Of a DNA stretch of 64,000 nucleotides, positions 1-11,263 are shown in pieces. The position numbers and the translations under genes were made by a program. The notes below the pieces were generated by a model, which ran no database searches, was not told where the DNA came from, and worked only from the letters and a program-made list of their open reading frames with translations. Every line of letters begins with the position of its first letter. The first letter of the stretch is position 1. The stretch is from Escherichia coli. GTDB lineage: Bacteria; Pseudomonadota; Gammaproteobacteria; Enterobacterales; Enterobacteriaceae. The stretch is taken from NCBI RefSeq assembly GCF_002854065.1, contig NZ_CP024147.1; one strand, 5' to 3'.

Positions 1-1065
1 ACCCGTCGCCAGACGAATCAGTACGGTGATCAGCCATGCCATGATGTAGGGCGAGATATTGCCGTGGGACATCAGCATGCCGATGGTGTCGCCGATGCCG
101 GTGTCGATGATGGTCTGCTTCAGCACGCCACCTGCACCGATGATCAGAATCACCATTGCAATGCTTTTCACCGCGCTTTCAAAAGCGTTCATTACCCACT
201 GCATATCGTGCCCGCGCGCGGTGCCAAAGAGTACGAATGCAACCACCATCGCAATAAACATTGCAATCGGCGAGGAACCGATAAAGTTAACCACTTCCCA
301 CGCAGGGGTATCTTTTACCAGCCAGATATTGGCGATGGTGGTAGAGATCATAATGATCGCCGGGATCAACGGCACCAGAATCGAAACGCCGAAAGAGGGC
401 AGATTATTCATATCTACCGGTTGATCTGCTTTCAGGAATGATGGCGTTGGGCGCTCAAGATTGCCGAGGAACTTCGGCAGGATCAGACCTGCGCAGATGA
501 CACTTGGGATCGTCACCAGTACGCCATAGATATAAACCATCCCCATATCCGCGCCATAAGCATTCACCAGCGCCACCGGACCCGGCTGCGGTGGGAACAG
601 TGAATGTGCGGTAGTGGCAGCTGCTACTGCCGGGATCGCCAGTTTCAGGAACGGAATTTTAGCTTCGGCGGCAATAACAATAACCAGCGGTGCTAACATG
701 ATAAAGGCCACTTCATAGAACATCGCCAGACCGAAAATCAGGCCGATGATAATCACCGACAGCTGTACATAACGCAGACCGAGACGTGCCAGCAGCGTAT
801 GCGCTATCTGGTGAGCCGCGCCGGAGTCGACCATCAATTTACCGATGACCGCACCGAACACCACGATGATAGCCAGTTCCCCCAGCGTGTTGCCGAAGCC
901 CGCTTTCATGGTGTGCAGCAGCGACATCAAATCCATGCCCGCCAGCATCCCGACGGACAGCGCCGCCACCAACAAGGCCACCATTGAATTGATTTTGAAC
1001 TTCAAATTCAGTACCAGCATCAGACCAATGCCGAATACCACCCAGAGAATGTTAAGCACATGCAT
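1..1065 (-). CDS. gntP: Gluconate permease GntP, N-terminal part (C-terminus lies beyond the window start)
   Basis: Minus-strand translation from ATG at 1065..1063 reads [23 protein letters not shown]..., a polytopic GntP-family transporter; no stop before the window edge. The plus-strand track ORFs here are antisense shadows. Confidence 0.85.
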
Positions 1066-1221
1066 AACGTTTTACCTTACCTGGTTGAACCGTTGTTATT
1101 TTGGGCGACATGTTATGTAAATTGGTCAACCATTGTTGCGATGAATGTCACATCCTCTGATCAATAACCATCGATTACCTTTTGCTGCAATTTGCAGCAA
1201 CAACCAGGAGAGTGAAATTCT

Positions 1222-1290
1222 TGTGATGTGGTTAACCAATTTCAGAATTCGGGTTGACATGTCTTACCAAAAGGTAGAACTTATACGCCA
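1222..1290 (+). promoter_or_regulatory. uxuAB promoter/operator region: TGGTTAACCAATTT palindrome (UxuR/ExuR-type operator), adjacent TGTGA CRP-like half-site, TTGACA -35 hexamer
   Basis: Palindrome tggttaacca at about 1229..1238 and ttgaca at about 1254..1259, upstream of uxuA. Assignment to UxuR/ExuR is from established knowledge of the uxu regulon. Confidence 0.5.
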
Positions 1291-1404
1291 TCTCATCCGA
1301 TGCAACGCCACGGCTGCGGTCTGGTTGTTCATCCGGATACCTAAACAACTCCAGGGTTCCGCGTCTCTTTGCTGTGGAACCCACTATGTGAAAGAGGAAA
1401 AATC

Positions 1405-2589
1405 ATGGAACAGACCTGGCGCTGGTACGGCCCAAACGATCCGGTTTCTTTAGCTGATGTCCGTCAGGCGGGCGCGACTGGCGTGGTTACCGCTTTGCAC
1501 CATATCCCGAACGGTGAAGTATGGTCCGTAGAAGAGATCCTCAAACGCAAGGCTATCGTTGAAGATGCAGGCCTGGTGTGGTCTGTCGTAGAAAGCGTGC
1601 CAATTCACGAAGATATCAAAACCCACACTGGCAACTATGAGCAGTGGATCGCTAACTATCAGCAGACTCTGCGCAACCTGGCGCAGTGCGGTATTCGCAC
1701 CGTGTGCTACAACTTCATGCCGGTGCTCGACTGGACCCGTACTGACCTCGAATACGTGCTGCCAGACGGCTCCAAAGCTCTGCGCTTCGACCAGATCGAA
1801 TTCGCTGCATTCGAAATGCATATCCTGAAACGCCCAGGTGCGGAAGCGGATTACACCGAAGAAGAAATTGCTCAGGCAGCTGAACGCTTCGCCACTATGA
1901 GCGACGAAGACAAAGCGCGTCTGACCCGTAACATCATTGCCGGTCTGCCGGGCGCGGAAGAAGGGTACACCCTCGACCAGTTCCGTAAGCACCTGGAGCT
2001 GTACAAAGATATCGACAAAGCCAAACTGCGCGAAAACTTTGCCGTCTTCCTGAAGGCGATTATTCCGGTTGCCGAAGAAGTTGGCGTGCGTATGGCTGTT
2101 CACCCGGACGATCCGCCGCGCCCAATCCTCGGCCTGCCGCGCATTGTTTCTACCATTGAAGATATGCAGTGGATGGTTGATACCGTAAATAGCATGGCGA
2201 ACGGTTTCACCATGTGCACCGGTTCCTACGGCGTGCGTGCTGACAACGATCTGGTTGATATGATCAAGCAGTTCGGTCCGCGTATTTACTTCACCCATCT
2301 GCGCTCCACCATGCGTGAAGATAACCCGAAAACCTTCCACGAAGCGGCGCACCTGAACGGTGACGTTGATATGTACGAAGTGGTGAAAGCGATTGTTGAA
2401 GAAGAACACCGTCGTAAAGCGGAAGGCAAAGAAGACCTGATCCCGATGCGTCCGGACCACGGTCATCAGATGCTGGACGACCTGAAGAAGAAAACCAACC
2501 CAGGTTACTCCGCAATTGGTCGTCTGAAAGGCCTGGCCGAAGTTCGCGGTGTCGAACTGGCGATCCAGCGCGCTTTCTTTAGCCGTTAA
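1405..2589 (+). CDS. uxuA: Mannonate dehydratase
   Basis: Track ORF 1369..2589 trimmed to ATG 1405 ([23 protein letters not shown]...), 394 aa, AGAGGAAA Shine-Dalgarno upstream; the track start is a TTG extension. Confidence 0.95.
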
Positions 2590-2669
2590 TATCCACCGGC
2601 ATGGCTGCGCGCCGTGCCGGTTCCTTCTTCCTTGCCGTCACTCTCTGAAGACGGATTCTGGAGTTTACG

Positions 2670-4130
2670 ATGACTACTATTGTTGACAGCAATCTGCCGG
2701 TTGCCCGCCCGTCATGGGATCATTCTCGTCTGGAATCACGCATTGTGCATCTCGGTTGCGGGGCGTTTCACCGTGCGCACCAGGCGCTGTACACCCATCA
2801 TCTGCTGGAAAGCACCGACAGCGACTGGGGTATCTGCGAAGTTAACCTGATGCCAGGCAACGACCGCGTGCTGATCGAAAACCTGAAAAAACAGCAACTG
2901 CTGTACACCGTGGCGGAAAAAGGCGCGGAAAGCACCGAGCTGAAAATTATCGGTTCGATGAAAGAAGCGCTGCACCCGGAAATCGACGGCTGCGAAGGTA
3001 TTCTCAACGCGATGGCGCGTCCGCAAACGGCGATTGTCTCTCTGACGGTCACGGAAAAAGGCTACTGCGCTGATGCGGCAAGCGGTCAACTGGATCTCAA
3101 TAACCCGCTGATCAAGCACGATCTGGAAAACCCGACTGCGCCGAAGTCCGCGATTGGTTACATCGTCGAAGCCTTGCGTCTGCGTCGTGAAAAAGGGCTG
3201 AAAGCATTTACGGTGATGTCCTGCGATAACGTGCGTGAAAACGGTCATGTGGCGAAGGTCGCGGTACTGGGGCTGGCTCAGGCGCGTGACCCGCAGCTAG
3301 CGGCATGGATTGAAGAGAACGTCACCTTCCCGTGCACCATGGTTGACCGCATCGTTCCGGCGGCGACGCCAGAAACCTTACAGGAAATTGCTGACCAGCT
3401 GGGCGTTTACGACCCGTGCGCCATTGCCTGCGAACCGTTCCGTCAGTGGGTGATTGAAGATAATTTCGTTAATGGTCGCCCGGACTGGGATAAAGTGGGC
3501 GCACAGTTCGTTGCAGACGTTGTGCCGTTCGAAATGATGAAGCTGCGTATGCTGAACGGTAGCCACTCTTTCCTGGCGTACCTCGGTTACCTCGGCGGCT
3601 ATGAAACTATTGCCGACACCATGACTAACCCGGATTATCGCAAAGCGGCCTTTGCCCTGATGATGCAGGAACAAGCGCCAACGCTGTCGATGCCGGAAGG
3701 TACGGACCTGAACGCCTATGCGACGCTGCTGATCGAGCGTTTCAGCAACCCGTCTCTGCGTCACCGTACCTGGCAGATTGCGATGGACGGCAGCCAGAAG
3801 TTACCGCAGCGTCTGCTGGACCCGGTGCGTCTGCACCTGCAAAACGGCGGCAGCTGGCGTCACCTGGCGCTGGGCGTGGCTGGCTGGATGCGTTACACCC
3901 AGGGCGTGGATGAGCAGGGTAATGCCATTGACGTGGTCGACCCGATGCTGGCCGAGTTCCAGAAGATTAACGCGCAGTATCAGGGCGCAGACCGCGTGAA
4001 AGCGCTGCTAGGCCTGAGCGGTATTTTTGCCGATGATCTGCCGCAGAATGCCGACTTTGTTGGCGCGGTGACGGCGGCATATCAGCAGCTGTGCGAACGC
4101 GGTGCGCGCGAGTGTGTGGCTGCGCTGTAA
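2670..4130 (+). CDS. uxuB: D-mannonate oxidoreductase (fructuronate reductase)
   Basis: Track ORF, 486 aa, MTTIVDSNLPVARPSWDHSRL...; ATG verified at 2670. Confidence 0.95.
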   Translation: MTTIVDSNLPVARPSWDHSRLESRIVHLGCGAFHRAHQALYTHHLLESTDSDWGICEVNLMPGNDRVLIENLKKQQLLYTVAEKGAESTELKIIGSMKEALHPEIDGCEGILNAMARPQTAIVSLTVTEKGYCADAASGQLDLNNPLIKHDLENPTAPKSAIGYIVEALRLRREKGLKAFTVMSCDNVRENGHVAKVAVLGLAQARDPQLAAWIEENVTFPCTMVDRIVPAATPETLQEIADQLGVYDPCAIACEPFRQWVIEDNFVNGRPDWDKVGAQFVADVVPFEMMKLRMLNGSHSFLAYLGYLGGYETIADTMTNPDYRKAAFALMMQEQAPTLSMPEGTDLNAYATLLIERFSNPSLRHRTWQIAMDGSQKLPQRLLDPVRLHLQNGGSWRHLALGVAGWMRYTQGVDEQGNAIDVVDPMLAEFQKINAQYQGADRVKALLGLSGIFADDLPQNADFVGAVTAAYQQLCERGARECVAAL

Positions 4131-4265
4131 CTAACTGATTACCCTACAGACTTACTGGTCAATCAAACTGATATTTGGTTGACCAGTTTTCGTTTTTTTG
4201 CCCACCTGTACGTGCCAACTTCCAGTGCTAATGGTATAGTTTGAGATTAACAGGGGCCGTAAAAT

Positions 4266-4308
4266 TGCCCGTTGTAGGCCGGATAAGGCGTTCACGCCGC
4301 ATCCGGCA
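4266..4308. repeat. REP (repetitive extragenic palindrome) element
   Basis: gcccgttgtaggccggataaggcgttcacgccgcatccggcaaaa between uxuB and uxuR; canonical REP core GCCGGATAAGGCG...CGCATCCGGC. Confidence 0.6.
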
Positions 4309-4344
4309 AAAATTTGATTAACCGCACCTAACGGACACAACACC

Positions 4345-5118
4345 ATGAAATCTGCCACCTCTGCGCAAAGACCTTACCAGGAAGTCGGGGCGATGATCCG
4401 CGATCTGATCATAAAGACGCCGTACAATCCTGGCGAACGGCTGCCGCCGGAGCGTGAAATTGCAGAAATGCTTGATGTCACGCGGACGGTGGTACGTGAA
4501 GCGCTGATCATGCTGGAGATCAAAGGGCTGGTGGAAGTGCGCCGGGGTGCCGGTATCTATGTTCTTGATAGCTCAGGCAGCCACAACACAGACAGTTCGG
4601 ATGCCAACGTCTGTAATGATGCGGGTCCTTTTGAGCTGTTACAGGCGCGTCAGTTACTGGAAAGTAACATCGCGGAATTTGCCGCTTTGCAGGCTACCCG
4701 CGAAGATATCGTCAAAATGCGTCAGGCATTGCAACTGGAAGAGCGTGAACTGGCTTCCAGCGCGCCGGGTAGCAGCGAAAGCGGTGATATGCAGTTCCAT
4801 CTCGCCATTGCCGAAGCAACGCATAACAGCATGCTGGTGGAGTTATTCCGTCAGTCCTGGCAGTGGCGGGAAAACAATCCAATGTGGATCCAGTTGCACA
4901 GCCATCTGGATGACAGCCTGTATCGCAAAGAGTGGTTGGGCGATCACAAACAGATCCTCGCCGCGTTAATCAAAAAAGATGCCCGAGCGGCGAAGCTGGC
5001 AATGTGGCAGCATCTGGAAAACGTTAAGCAACGTCTGCTGGAATTCTCGAACGTTGACGATATTTATTTTGACGGCTATCTGTTTGATTCATGGCCGCTG
5101 GATAAAGTCGACGTCTGA
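4345..5118 (+). CDS. uxuR: GntR-family repressor of the uxu regulon
   Basis: Track ORF, 257 aa, N-terminal GntR-type HTH (ERLPPEREIAEMLDVTRTVVREAL). Confidence 0.95.
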   Translation: MKSATSAQRPYQEVGAMIRDLIIKTPYNPGERLPPEREIAEMLDVTRTVVREALIMLEIKGLVEVRRGAGIYVLDSSGSHNTDSSDANVCNDAGPFELLQARQLLESNIAEFAALQATREDIVKMRQALQLEERELASSAPGSSESGDMQFHLAIAEATHNSMLVELFRQSWQWRENNPMWIQLHSHLDDSLYRKEWLGDHKQILAALIKKDARAAKLAMWQHLENVKQRLLEFSNVDDIYFDGYLFDSWPLDKVDV

Positions 5119-5130
5119 CTTATTATAATA

Positions 5131-5162
5131 AGCGCAAGGGTAAACGTTCCTTGCGCTTTCTT
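5131..5162. terminator. Hairpin plus T-run between convergent uxuR and yjiC (likely bidirectional terminator)
   Basis: gcgcaagg-gtaaacgtt-ccttgcgc stem-loop followed by tttctt. Confidence 0.5.
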
Positions 5163-5258
5163 AAATTAAGAAGTCGCAATGAGTATTGCTTTGTAAATTG
5201 CAGGGTATTGTTTAAATATCTGTATAACCTGAATATTAGTACTCATTCTTCTCAGTTG

Positions 5259-5978
5259 CTATTTACCAATATAATTCCATTCACCATTTTTTAATTCAAA
5301 CAGTTCTGGAAGAGATGACGGTTGCAGAGTCATGCGTTTGAGTGGCGCATCTTCATCACCGGGGATAACTTTATATCCCATTTTTACATGGATCTCCGCG
5401 GTACCAGGATAGGCTTCTATACCAATGATTGGGTCATTTCCCATCTCAATATTAGCATTAAGTAATGCGGCAAGGGCGAATCCGGAAGAATTTGCTACCC
5501 CTGAGACAGTTATTATCTGATCAATATAGATATCAATTCTTGGCTGCTCATTGGTCCATCTTTTTGCCTGAGAAACTGGAAGGGTTGAAATATATCCTAT
5601 CGTGGTTCCGGCGTAACCTGGAACATTGCAACCAGGGCCTAATGTTATTTCATGAACTGTATAGTCCTCAACAGGATCGAAAGGGCTCTTCATAAATAAA
5701 TTTAGCCGTAAACCTTCTGCTAATTCTGTAGCAGCATGCGCCTTTTTACATATGCCACCATATATTTCGTCTAAAGCTGAGGTGATTTTCAAGTTTCGAT
5801 AGAGCATACGTCCTGTTGTTGTAATACCATTGAATTCTCTGCATGTTTCTGTCACATAATTAAATGGCCAGGACTCTTTACTAATATCAAGTTTTCTAAT
5901 TTCGACAACGCTTTTTCCATCGTAATTATGGTTATTGCCACGAGCAAGAGGCGGAAGATAGATATTTTCCGTATCCAT
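5259..5978 (-). CDS. yjiC: Uncharacterised protein YjiC
   Basis: Track ORF, 239 aa, ATG verified (MDTENIYLPP...). An in-frame stop lies 25 codons upstream, so no long extension is possible in this strain. Confidence 0.7.
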   Translation of the reverse strand: MDTENIYLPPLARGNNHNYDGKSVVEIRKLDISKESWPFNYVTETCREFNGITTTGRMLYRNLKITSALDEIYGGICKKAHAATELAEGLRLNLFMKSPFDPVEDYTVHEITLGPGCNVPGYAGTTIGYISTLPVSQAKRWTNEQPRIDIYIDQIITVSGVANSSGFALAALLNANIEMGNDPIIGIEAYPGTAEIHVKMGYKVIPGDEDAPLKRMTLQPSSLPELFELKNGEWNYIGK

Positions 5979-6760
5979 GCGTGCACGTTCATGTTTACGT
6001 GTTAACTCACTGTCGACTTTTGGATGATGAAGGAAGTGATTATATGTAATAATTTAACTCTGAAGGGCATTGCTTAATGGCATAGACATAATAGTTACCT
6101 TTATGAGTATTTCACTGATGCTTAGAAAAATAGATAAATTTTTCTGTGGTAAAAAGAGAAGTAAACAAATGACATGCATGTTTCTGTTGTAGTGATATCA
6201 ACTCTACACAGTGATATTAAATGGTGGGAAACACTCTAAAGTATCAAAAAACGCTCATTTAAAATTATTTGCATGCAATTTAAAAGCATATCTTATTACT
6301 AATTGGAATTTGATGTTGCTATATTGATGTCTATATTAATAATGCCTGTGAATGGTATTTTTGATGTATTTGATATGTTATCAATTTATATTATTTACAA
6401 ACTAATTGTTTTAAATAATACATAGCTGATTATGCGGAAATAAATAATTTCCCACCGGAATTAAGTAGCGGTGGTGACAAGTATTTTCATCTACGTAACT
6501 ATTCGGAATATTCAGAATATACTAGCGGTTTTTTTTTGAGTTTGATGATTTTTATCAAATCATGACTTTTTTCCTGAAAAGTCAGTAGATATTCATAGGC
6601 AAGTAAGGTTTTATACTTTGCTGACAGGATTCAGGCCTGTCTCAGACTGACATGGATGTAATGAACAAAAGGGAATGGCTATGGAAAATGAGCATCAATA
6701 CAGTGGTGCCCGGTGTTCAGGGCAAGCCGCATATGTTGCTAAACGTCAGGAGTGCGCAAA
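5979..6760. promoter_or_regulatory. 780 bp AT-rich divergent intergenic region upstream of iraD (multi-promoter leader), with several inverted repeats
   Basis: Long AT-rich non-coding stretch with no ORF of 60 aa or more; palindromes at about 6541..6584 and 6621..6645. Confidence 0.4.
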
Positions 6761-7153
6761 ATGATGCGCCAATCACTTCAGGCTGTTTTACCTGAAATTT
6801 CAGGCAATAAAACGTCACCGCTGCGTAAATCAGTATGCAGCGATCTCCTCACTCTTTTTAATTCTCCTCATTCGGCATTACCGTCATTACTTGTTTCAGG
6901 CATGCCCGAGTGGCAAGTGCATAACCCGAGCGACAAACATCTCCAGAGCTGGTATTGCCGTCAGCTGCGTTCTGCACTGTTATTTCATGAGCCACGGATT
7001 GCGGCGTTGCAGGTTAATTTGAAAGAAGCGTACTGCCACACTCTGGCGATCAGCCTTGAGATAATGCTGTATCACGACGATGAATCGCTAACGTTTGATC
7101 TGGTCTGGGATAATGGCGGTTGGCGCAGTGCGACGCTGGAGAATGTCAGCTAA
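6761..7153 (+). CDS. iraD: Anti-adaptor protein IraD (RssB inhibitor)
   Basis: Track ORF 6752 (GTG) trimmed to ATG 6761 ([17 protein letters not shown]...), 130 aa; CAGGAG Shine-Dalgarno 9 nt upstream. Confidence 0.85.
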   Translation: MMRQSLQAVLPEISGNKTSPLRKSVCSDLLTLFNSPHSALPSLLVSGMPEWQVHNPSDKHLQSWYCRQLRSALLFHEPRIAALQVNLKEAYCHTLAISLEIMLYHDDESLTFDLVWDNGGWRSATLENVS

Positions 7154-8057
7154 GCACAATCTCCAGCTCGCGCAGTTCACGCCAGAAGCGTTCGGCAACT
7201 GGATTCATGCGGGTATTCATCCGGTATGCATAGGCCTGAATCGGGATCACCAGTTCGTCCCGATTCAGTACAACGAGCTGCCCGCTGCGAATTTCTTGTT
7301 GGATGGCGTATTCCGGTAGCCAGGCAATCCCACAGCCGTCGAGGGCAACCTGCTTTAAAAGCTCGCTCATCGAAGAGACAAAAAAGGTGCTGAAACTTAA
7401 CTCACTGTGGCGCGTCAGGGTGCGATTAATCAATCGCCCCATGTAGGAGTTGCGGCTGTAATTCAGTAACGGAAAGTGTGGCTGCGCGAGGTTAAAAAGT
7501 GCTTCTCCGTGTTCGTCACTGGCGCAAACGGGGAACAATTGAGATTCAAATAAGCGAATGTGGTCAAACGGCGCTTCCAGCAAATCTTCGTCGTGAAAGG
7601 AAAAAATACAGTCACTTTGCCCTTCACGCAGTTTATCGACCGCTTCATCGACATCAATAGCTTCAATTGCCCAGGTAAAGAGCGGCGGCATCTGGCTGAT
7701 AATGGACGGTAACAGCCCGAGGGAAAGAGAGTGTGCAGCGGCTATTTTAATTTTGCGTTGCGCGTAATCGCTGCCACCACGGAGTTCTGCAAGGTTGCTC
7801 TCTAACTGTTGCAACAGATGGCGGATCTGCGAATGGAATATTTTACCTTGTTCCGAGAGTTGCAGCGGCGTCACCTGGCGGTTAAACAATTCAACGCCAA
7901 TCGCCTGTTCCAGCGCACGGATGCGGCGGCTGAATGCCGGTTGCGAGACGTTGCGACTGACTGCTGCCTGGGAAAAATTGCGGCATTTTTCCAGGGTCAG
8001 AAAATCATAAAGCCATTTAGTTTCAATATTATGCAAAACCGCACCACAGTCATCCAT
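7146..8057 (-). CDS. hypT: LysR-family regulator HypT (YjiE)
   Basis: Track ORF, 303 aa, N-terminal LysR HTH ([29 protein letters not shown]). Confidence 0.9.
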   Translation of the reverse strand: MDDCGAVLHNIETKWLYDFLTLEKCRNFSQAAVSRNVSQPAFSRRIRALEQAIGVELFNRQVTPLQLSEQGKIFHSQIRHLLQQLESNLAELRGGSDYAQRKIKIAAAHSLSLGLLPSIISQMPPLFTWAIEAIDVDEAVDKLREGQSDCIFSFHDEDLLEAPFDHIRLFESQLFPVCASDEHGEALFNLAQPHFPLLNYSRNSYMGRLINRTLTRHSELSFSTFFVSSMSELLKQVALDGCGIAWLPEYAIQQEIRSGQLVVLNRDELVIPIQAYAYRMNTRMNPVAERFWRELRELEIVLS

Positions 8058-8121
8058 TACGTTTTACTCTGTCAGCCGCCCTTGCGGGCATTCTACGTCC
8101 ATTCGGGCGGCTGACAACCGT

Positions 8122-9294
8122 TTATGCCGTTTCAAACGTTCCTTTCACGCAGGCTTTGCCGTCTTTGACCATCAGCTTGCCGCGAGCGTATACCTGCTCA
8201 ATGCGTAATTCTGGCGTCATGACCAGTAAGTCTGCGTCATTGCCTGGCAGAATTTCGCCTTTCCCGCTCAGGTTAAGGAAACCGGCTACGCTACTGGTGA
8301 GCGGGCGCAGGGCATCGCTGATACTGAAATCATAATCTTTGACCAGCACCTGCACGGTTTCCAGCAACGTTTCAAAACCGGCAACACCGATATGGGTTAA
8401 ATTCCCTTCGTCATCGAAGAACGGCTGGCTACCGTTGCCGTCGGAGCTGAGGGTGACGCGTGCCAGCGGAATACCTGCCTGAACGGCGCGGGCAATACCT
8501 TCGGCAGGGGCGACTGGTTCGTCAATGCTGCTGGTGATATCGATGGTGCCGCCTTTGCGCGCGAACTCCAGCGCCTGCTCAAACAACGGAACGTTGCGGT
8601 TAACGTGGGTCGGCAGCAACTTGCTAATCGGCACATCGCAGTTTTCCAGCAGGTCATAGACAGGCTGTAACGCCTTTTTGCTGTCGCCCATGTGGAACAC
8701 GGTGACGCCAGGTTTACCGCCGAGCAAACCGCCAACGCGGGATTCCGCCGCCATATTAGCCAGGTGATAAACGTCCGGTGCGGCAGAACGGTGATCAGAG
8801 ATGGCGCATTTCACGCCAATCACGCGATCGATAATCGCCACGTCTTTTTCCACGGAACCCGTAATAGTGCGGGAAGGGACATGATAAGCGCCGGTCAGCA
8901 TCCAGGCGCTGATGCCTTCTTCATTGAGCGCACGGGTCTTGGCGAGCAGGGATTCCGGGTGGCGAGAGATAGAGTCGGTGCCCAGCAGACCAACCACTGA
9001 CGTGACGCCTGCTTCCGTCAGACGACTTAACGCCACTTCCGGCGTGCGCGTCGTGGGACCTGCTTCGCCGCCACCGCCAATCAAATGGACGTGTTGATCA
9101 ATAAAACCTGGGCAGAGGATCTGCCCGCTGAGATCGACAACCGTGCAGTCCGGTACAATGTCAGAAGGGATATTACTGGCAACGGCGATAATTTTGCCGT
9201 TAGCGACGAGGACATCGCAAATTCCCCGATCTTCCGGCGCATACAAATGCGCTCCCTGCAGCAGGGTAAAACCGGCTGCGGTATAATCAATCAT
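8122..9294 (-). CDS. iadA: Isoaspartyl dipeptidase
   Basis: Track ORF, 390 aa, amidohydrolase-type metal-binding HxH motif (IDQHVHLIGGG). Confidence 0.9.
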   Translation of the reverse strand: MIDYTAAGFTLLQGAHLYAPEDRGICDVLVANGKIIAVASNIPSDIVPDCTVVDLSGQILCPGFIDQHVHLIGGGGEAGPTTRTPEVALSRLTEAGVTSVVGLLGTDSISRHPESLLAKTRALNEEGISAWMLTGAYHVPSRTITGSVEKDVAIIDRVIGVKCAISDHRSAAPDVYHLANMAAESRVGGLLGGKPGVTVFHMGDSKKALQPVYDLLENCDVPISKLLPTHVNRNVPLFEQALEFARKGGTIDITSSIDEPVAPAEGIARAVQAGIPLARVTLSSDGNGSQPFFDDEGNLTHIGVAGFETLLETVQVLVKDYDFSISDALRPLTSSVAGFLNLSGKGEILPGNDADLLVMTPELRIEQVYARGKLMVKDGKACVKGTFETA

Positions 9295-9306
9295 GGTAAC
9301 TCCTTG

Positions 9307-9768
9307 TTAAACAATAAGCTGCATAACCCAGATCGACAGCAATGCGTTAATCACGCAGACCGTAATGATATGCGGGTAATATTTGGCATTCACTTCGGCT
9401 GTCCCCAGGCAGCGACCGACATTTTGCACCGGGTTGCCCATTAAATACATCGCGGGCAGTAAAACGGTGACATCGTGACCGGTTAATGCGCCAGCGGTTG
9501 CCAGACTGGCGGCAACACCGACTGCGCCACCCATACTCATTAATGCGGCTAAAAGGACGGTTGCCGCTTCACCGGGTAATCCCCACAGCGCCATTACGGG
9601 TTCACAGATATGCCCCACCCAGTCGAGCAGGCCGGTAATTTTCAGCGCCTGAATGATGACAAACGCCATCACCACGTTTGGCAGCAGGTTGGTCGTGGCG
9701 ATAGTAAAGCCACGGCGCGCACCATCGATAAACATATCCATGATGTTTTTGCGGACCTGAGTTGTCAT
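9307..9768 (-). CDS. yjiG: Inner-membrane protein YjiG (SpmB/nucleoside-transporter-like half)
   Basis: Track ORF, 153 aa, hydrophobic. Confidence 0.85.
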   Translation of the reverse strand: MTTQVRKNIMDMFIDGARRGFTIATTNLLPNVVMAFVIIQALKITGLLDWVGHICEPVMALWGLPGEAATVLLAALMSMGGAVGVAASLATAGALTGHDVTVLLPAMYLMGNPVQNVGRCLGTAEVNAKYYPHIITVCVINALLSIWVMQLIV

Positions 9769-10448
9769 GCTTGCGCTCCTTGCGTTGGGTTGCGACGTTC
9801 TTCGAAGTTAAGCCAGACGCGCAAAATGTTGGCTCCGACAAATTTAAACACCAGGATGACTGCTAAAGGTACGATTACGGACGTGCCCAGAAAGGCAAAC
9901 ACCGCGACGCCGGAAGAGAAGTAGTTGGTGATAATGGCGCTACCGCTGGTTTGATATGCGGCGAAAATCACTTTATCGCGTTCGGTAATTTCACCTTCCT
10001 GCGCCAGCTCTTTGGTCATACCTGCGGCGGCATCGGTGTTTTGCAGGTTAGCGATCAGCGCCAGCGAGCAGATCCCTGGAATGCCCAACAACGGTTTTAG
10101 CACTGGCGTCATTAACTGCTGCGCGGCGCGTGATCCGCCAAGACCATCGGTAATTGAAATAATCCCCAGAGAGAGAATGACTGACGGTGCCAGCTCCAGC
10201 GCAAAGAGAAAGCCATCTTTAGCCCCCGCGCCACCCGCGCCGCGAAACGAGGTGGTGGCTCCGTTCGCACCAGGCAGTTGCCCAAACGATCCGTTCAGAA
10301 CGGAAAAATCAAAAACGCGCCACCAACTGTCTGTCCCGGAAAAAACACCGGAAAAAAAGATTATGGTGAGAAAAAAAGCCAGATACCCTTTAATGCCCAC
10401 TTTTTCTGTCGCCAGCTCCCCGGCTACAGCATCCCCTTGTTGTGTCAT
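9765..10448 (-). CDS. yjiH: Inner-membrane protein YjiH
   Basis: Track ORF 9765..10577 trimmed to ATG 10448 (MTQQGDAVAGE...), 227 aa; 4-nt overlap with the yjiG start. Confidence 0.8.
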   Translation of the reverse strand: MTQQGDAVAGELATEKVGIKGYLAFFLTIIFFSGVFSGTDSWWRVFDFSVLNGSFGQLPGANGATTSFRGAGGAGAKDGFLFALELAPSVILSLGIISITDGLGGSRAAQQLMTPVLKPLLGIPGICSLALIANLQNTDAAAGMTKELAQEGEITERDKVIFAAYQTSGSAIITNYFSSGVAVFAFLGTSVIVPLAVILVFKFVGANILRVWLNFEERRNPTQGAQA

Positions 10449-10696
10449 AACAATCCCCATTGTTTTTTGTGTTTGTGTGTTGCTTGAGCCAGGAAAATTC
10501 CTGGAGCTGAAAAACCTTATCAGCCATGTGGGTATGGGGAAAATGCAAGTATGTTTCTGACTATGCGTTTTTTGCATAGCGGTAAAATTACGCTGTGTGG
10601 AAAAGGTTCTACGCAGGATTGAGTTGCAGAAAATTCATAAACCCAGTGACAATGACATAGTAAATAAAAAACAGATAATCCAGGGACGAAAACGCG

Positions 10697-11251
10697 ATGG
10701 CAAAGTACAACGAAAAAGAGCTGGCGGATACGAGCAAGTTTTTAAGTTTTGTCCTCCGACACAAACCGGAGGCGATTGGTATCGTACTGGACCGTGAAGG
10801 ATGGGCGGATATCGATAAGCTCATACTTTGTGCCCAAAAAGCGGGCAAGCGGTTAACCCGTGCATTGCTGGATACCGTGGTTGCCACCAGCGATAAAAAG
10901 CGTTTTAGTTATTCCAGTGATGGTAGGTGCATCCGCGCGGTTCAGGGGCATTCGACTTCGCAGGTCGCTATTTCCTTTGCCGAAAAAACACCGCCACAGT
11001 TTCTCTACCACGGTACGGCAAGCCGTTTCCTTGACGAGATAAAAAAACAGGGGCTGATTGCAGGTGAGCGTCACTACGTACATCTCTCTGCTGATGAAGC
11101 AACGGCACGCAAAGTGGGAGCAAGACACGGATCGCCGGTTATTTTAACCGTCAAAGCACAGGAAATGGCGAAACGAGGCCTCCCTTTCTGGCAAGCGGAA
11201 AACGGGGTCTGGCTGACATCAACGGTTGCGGTCGAATTTCTTGAGTGGTAA
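10697..11251 (+). CDS. kptA: RNA 2'-phosphotransferase (Tpt1/KptA family)
   Basis: Track ORF, 184 aa, [25 protein letters not shown]... Confidence 0.9.
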   Translation: MAKYNEKELADTSKFLSFVLRHKPEAIGIVLDREGWADIDKLILCAQKAGKRLTRALLDTVVATSDKKRFSYSSDGRCIRAVQGHSTSQVAISFAEKTPPQFLYHGTASRFLDEIKKQGLIAGERHYVHLSADEATARKVGARHGSPVILTVKAQEMAKRGLPFWQAENGVWLTSTVAVEFLEW

Positions 11252-11263
11252 GGGAAACACTCC

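Noticed and set aside
1450-2466. 338-aa minus-strand ORF opposite uxuA
   Set aside because: Lies entirely antisense to a recognised, well-conserved gene; typical shadow ORF with no ribosome-binding site and unusual composition.
10597-10797. 66-aa ORF spanning the yjiH–kptA intergenic region into kptA
   Set aside because: Overlaps the kptA start out of frame; lysine/arginine-rich low-complexity; no ribosome-binding site.
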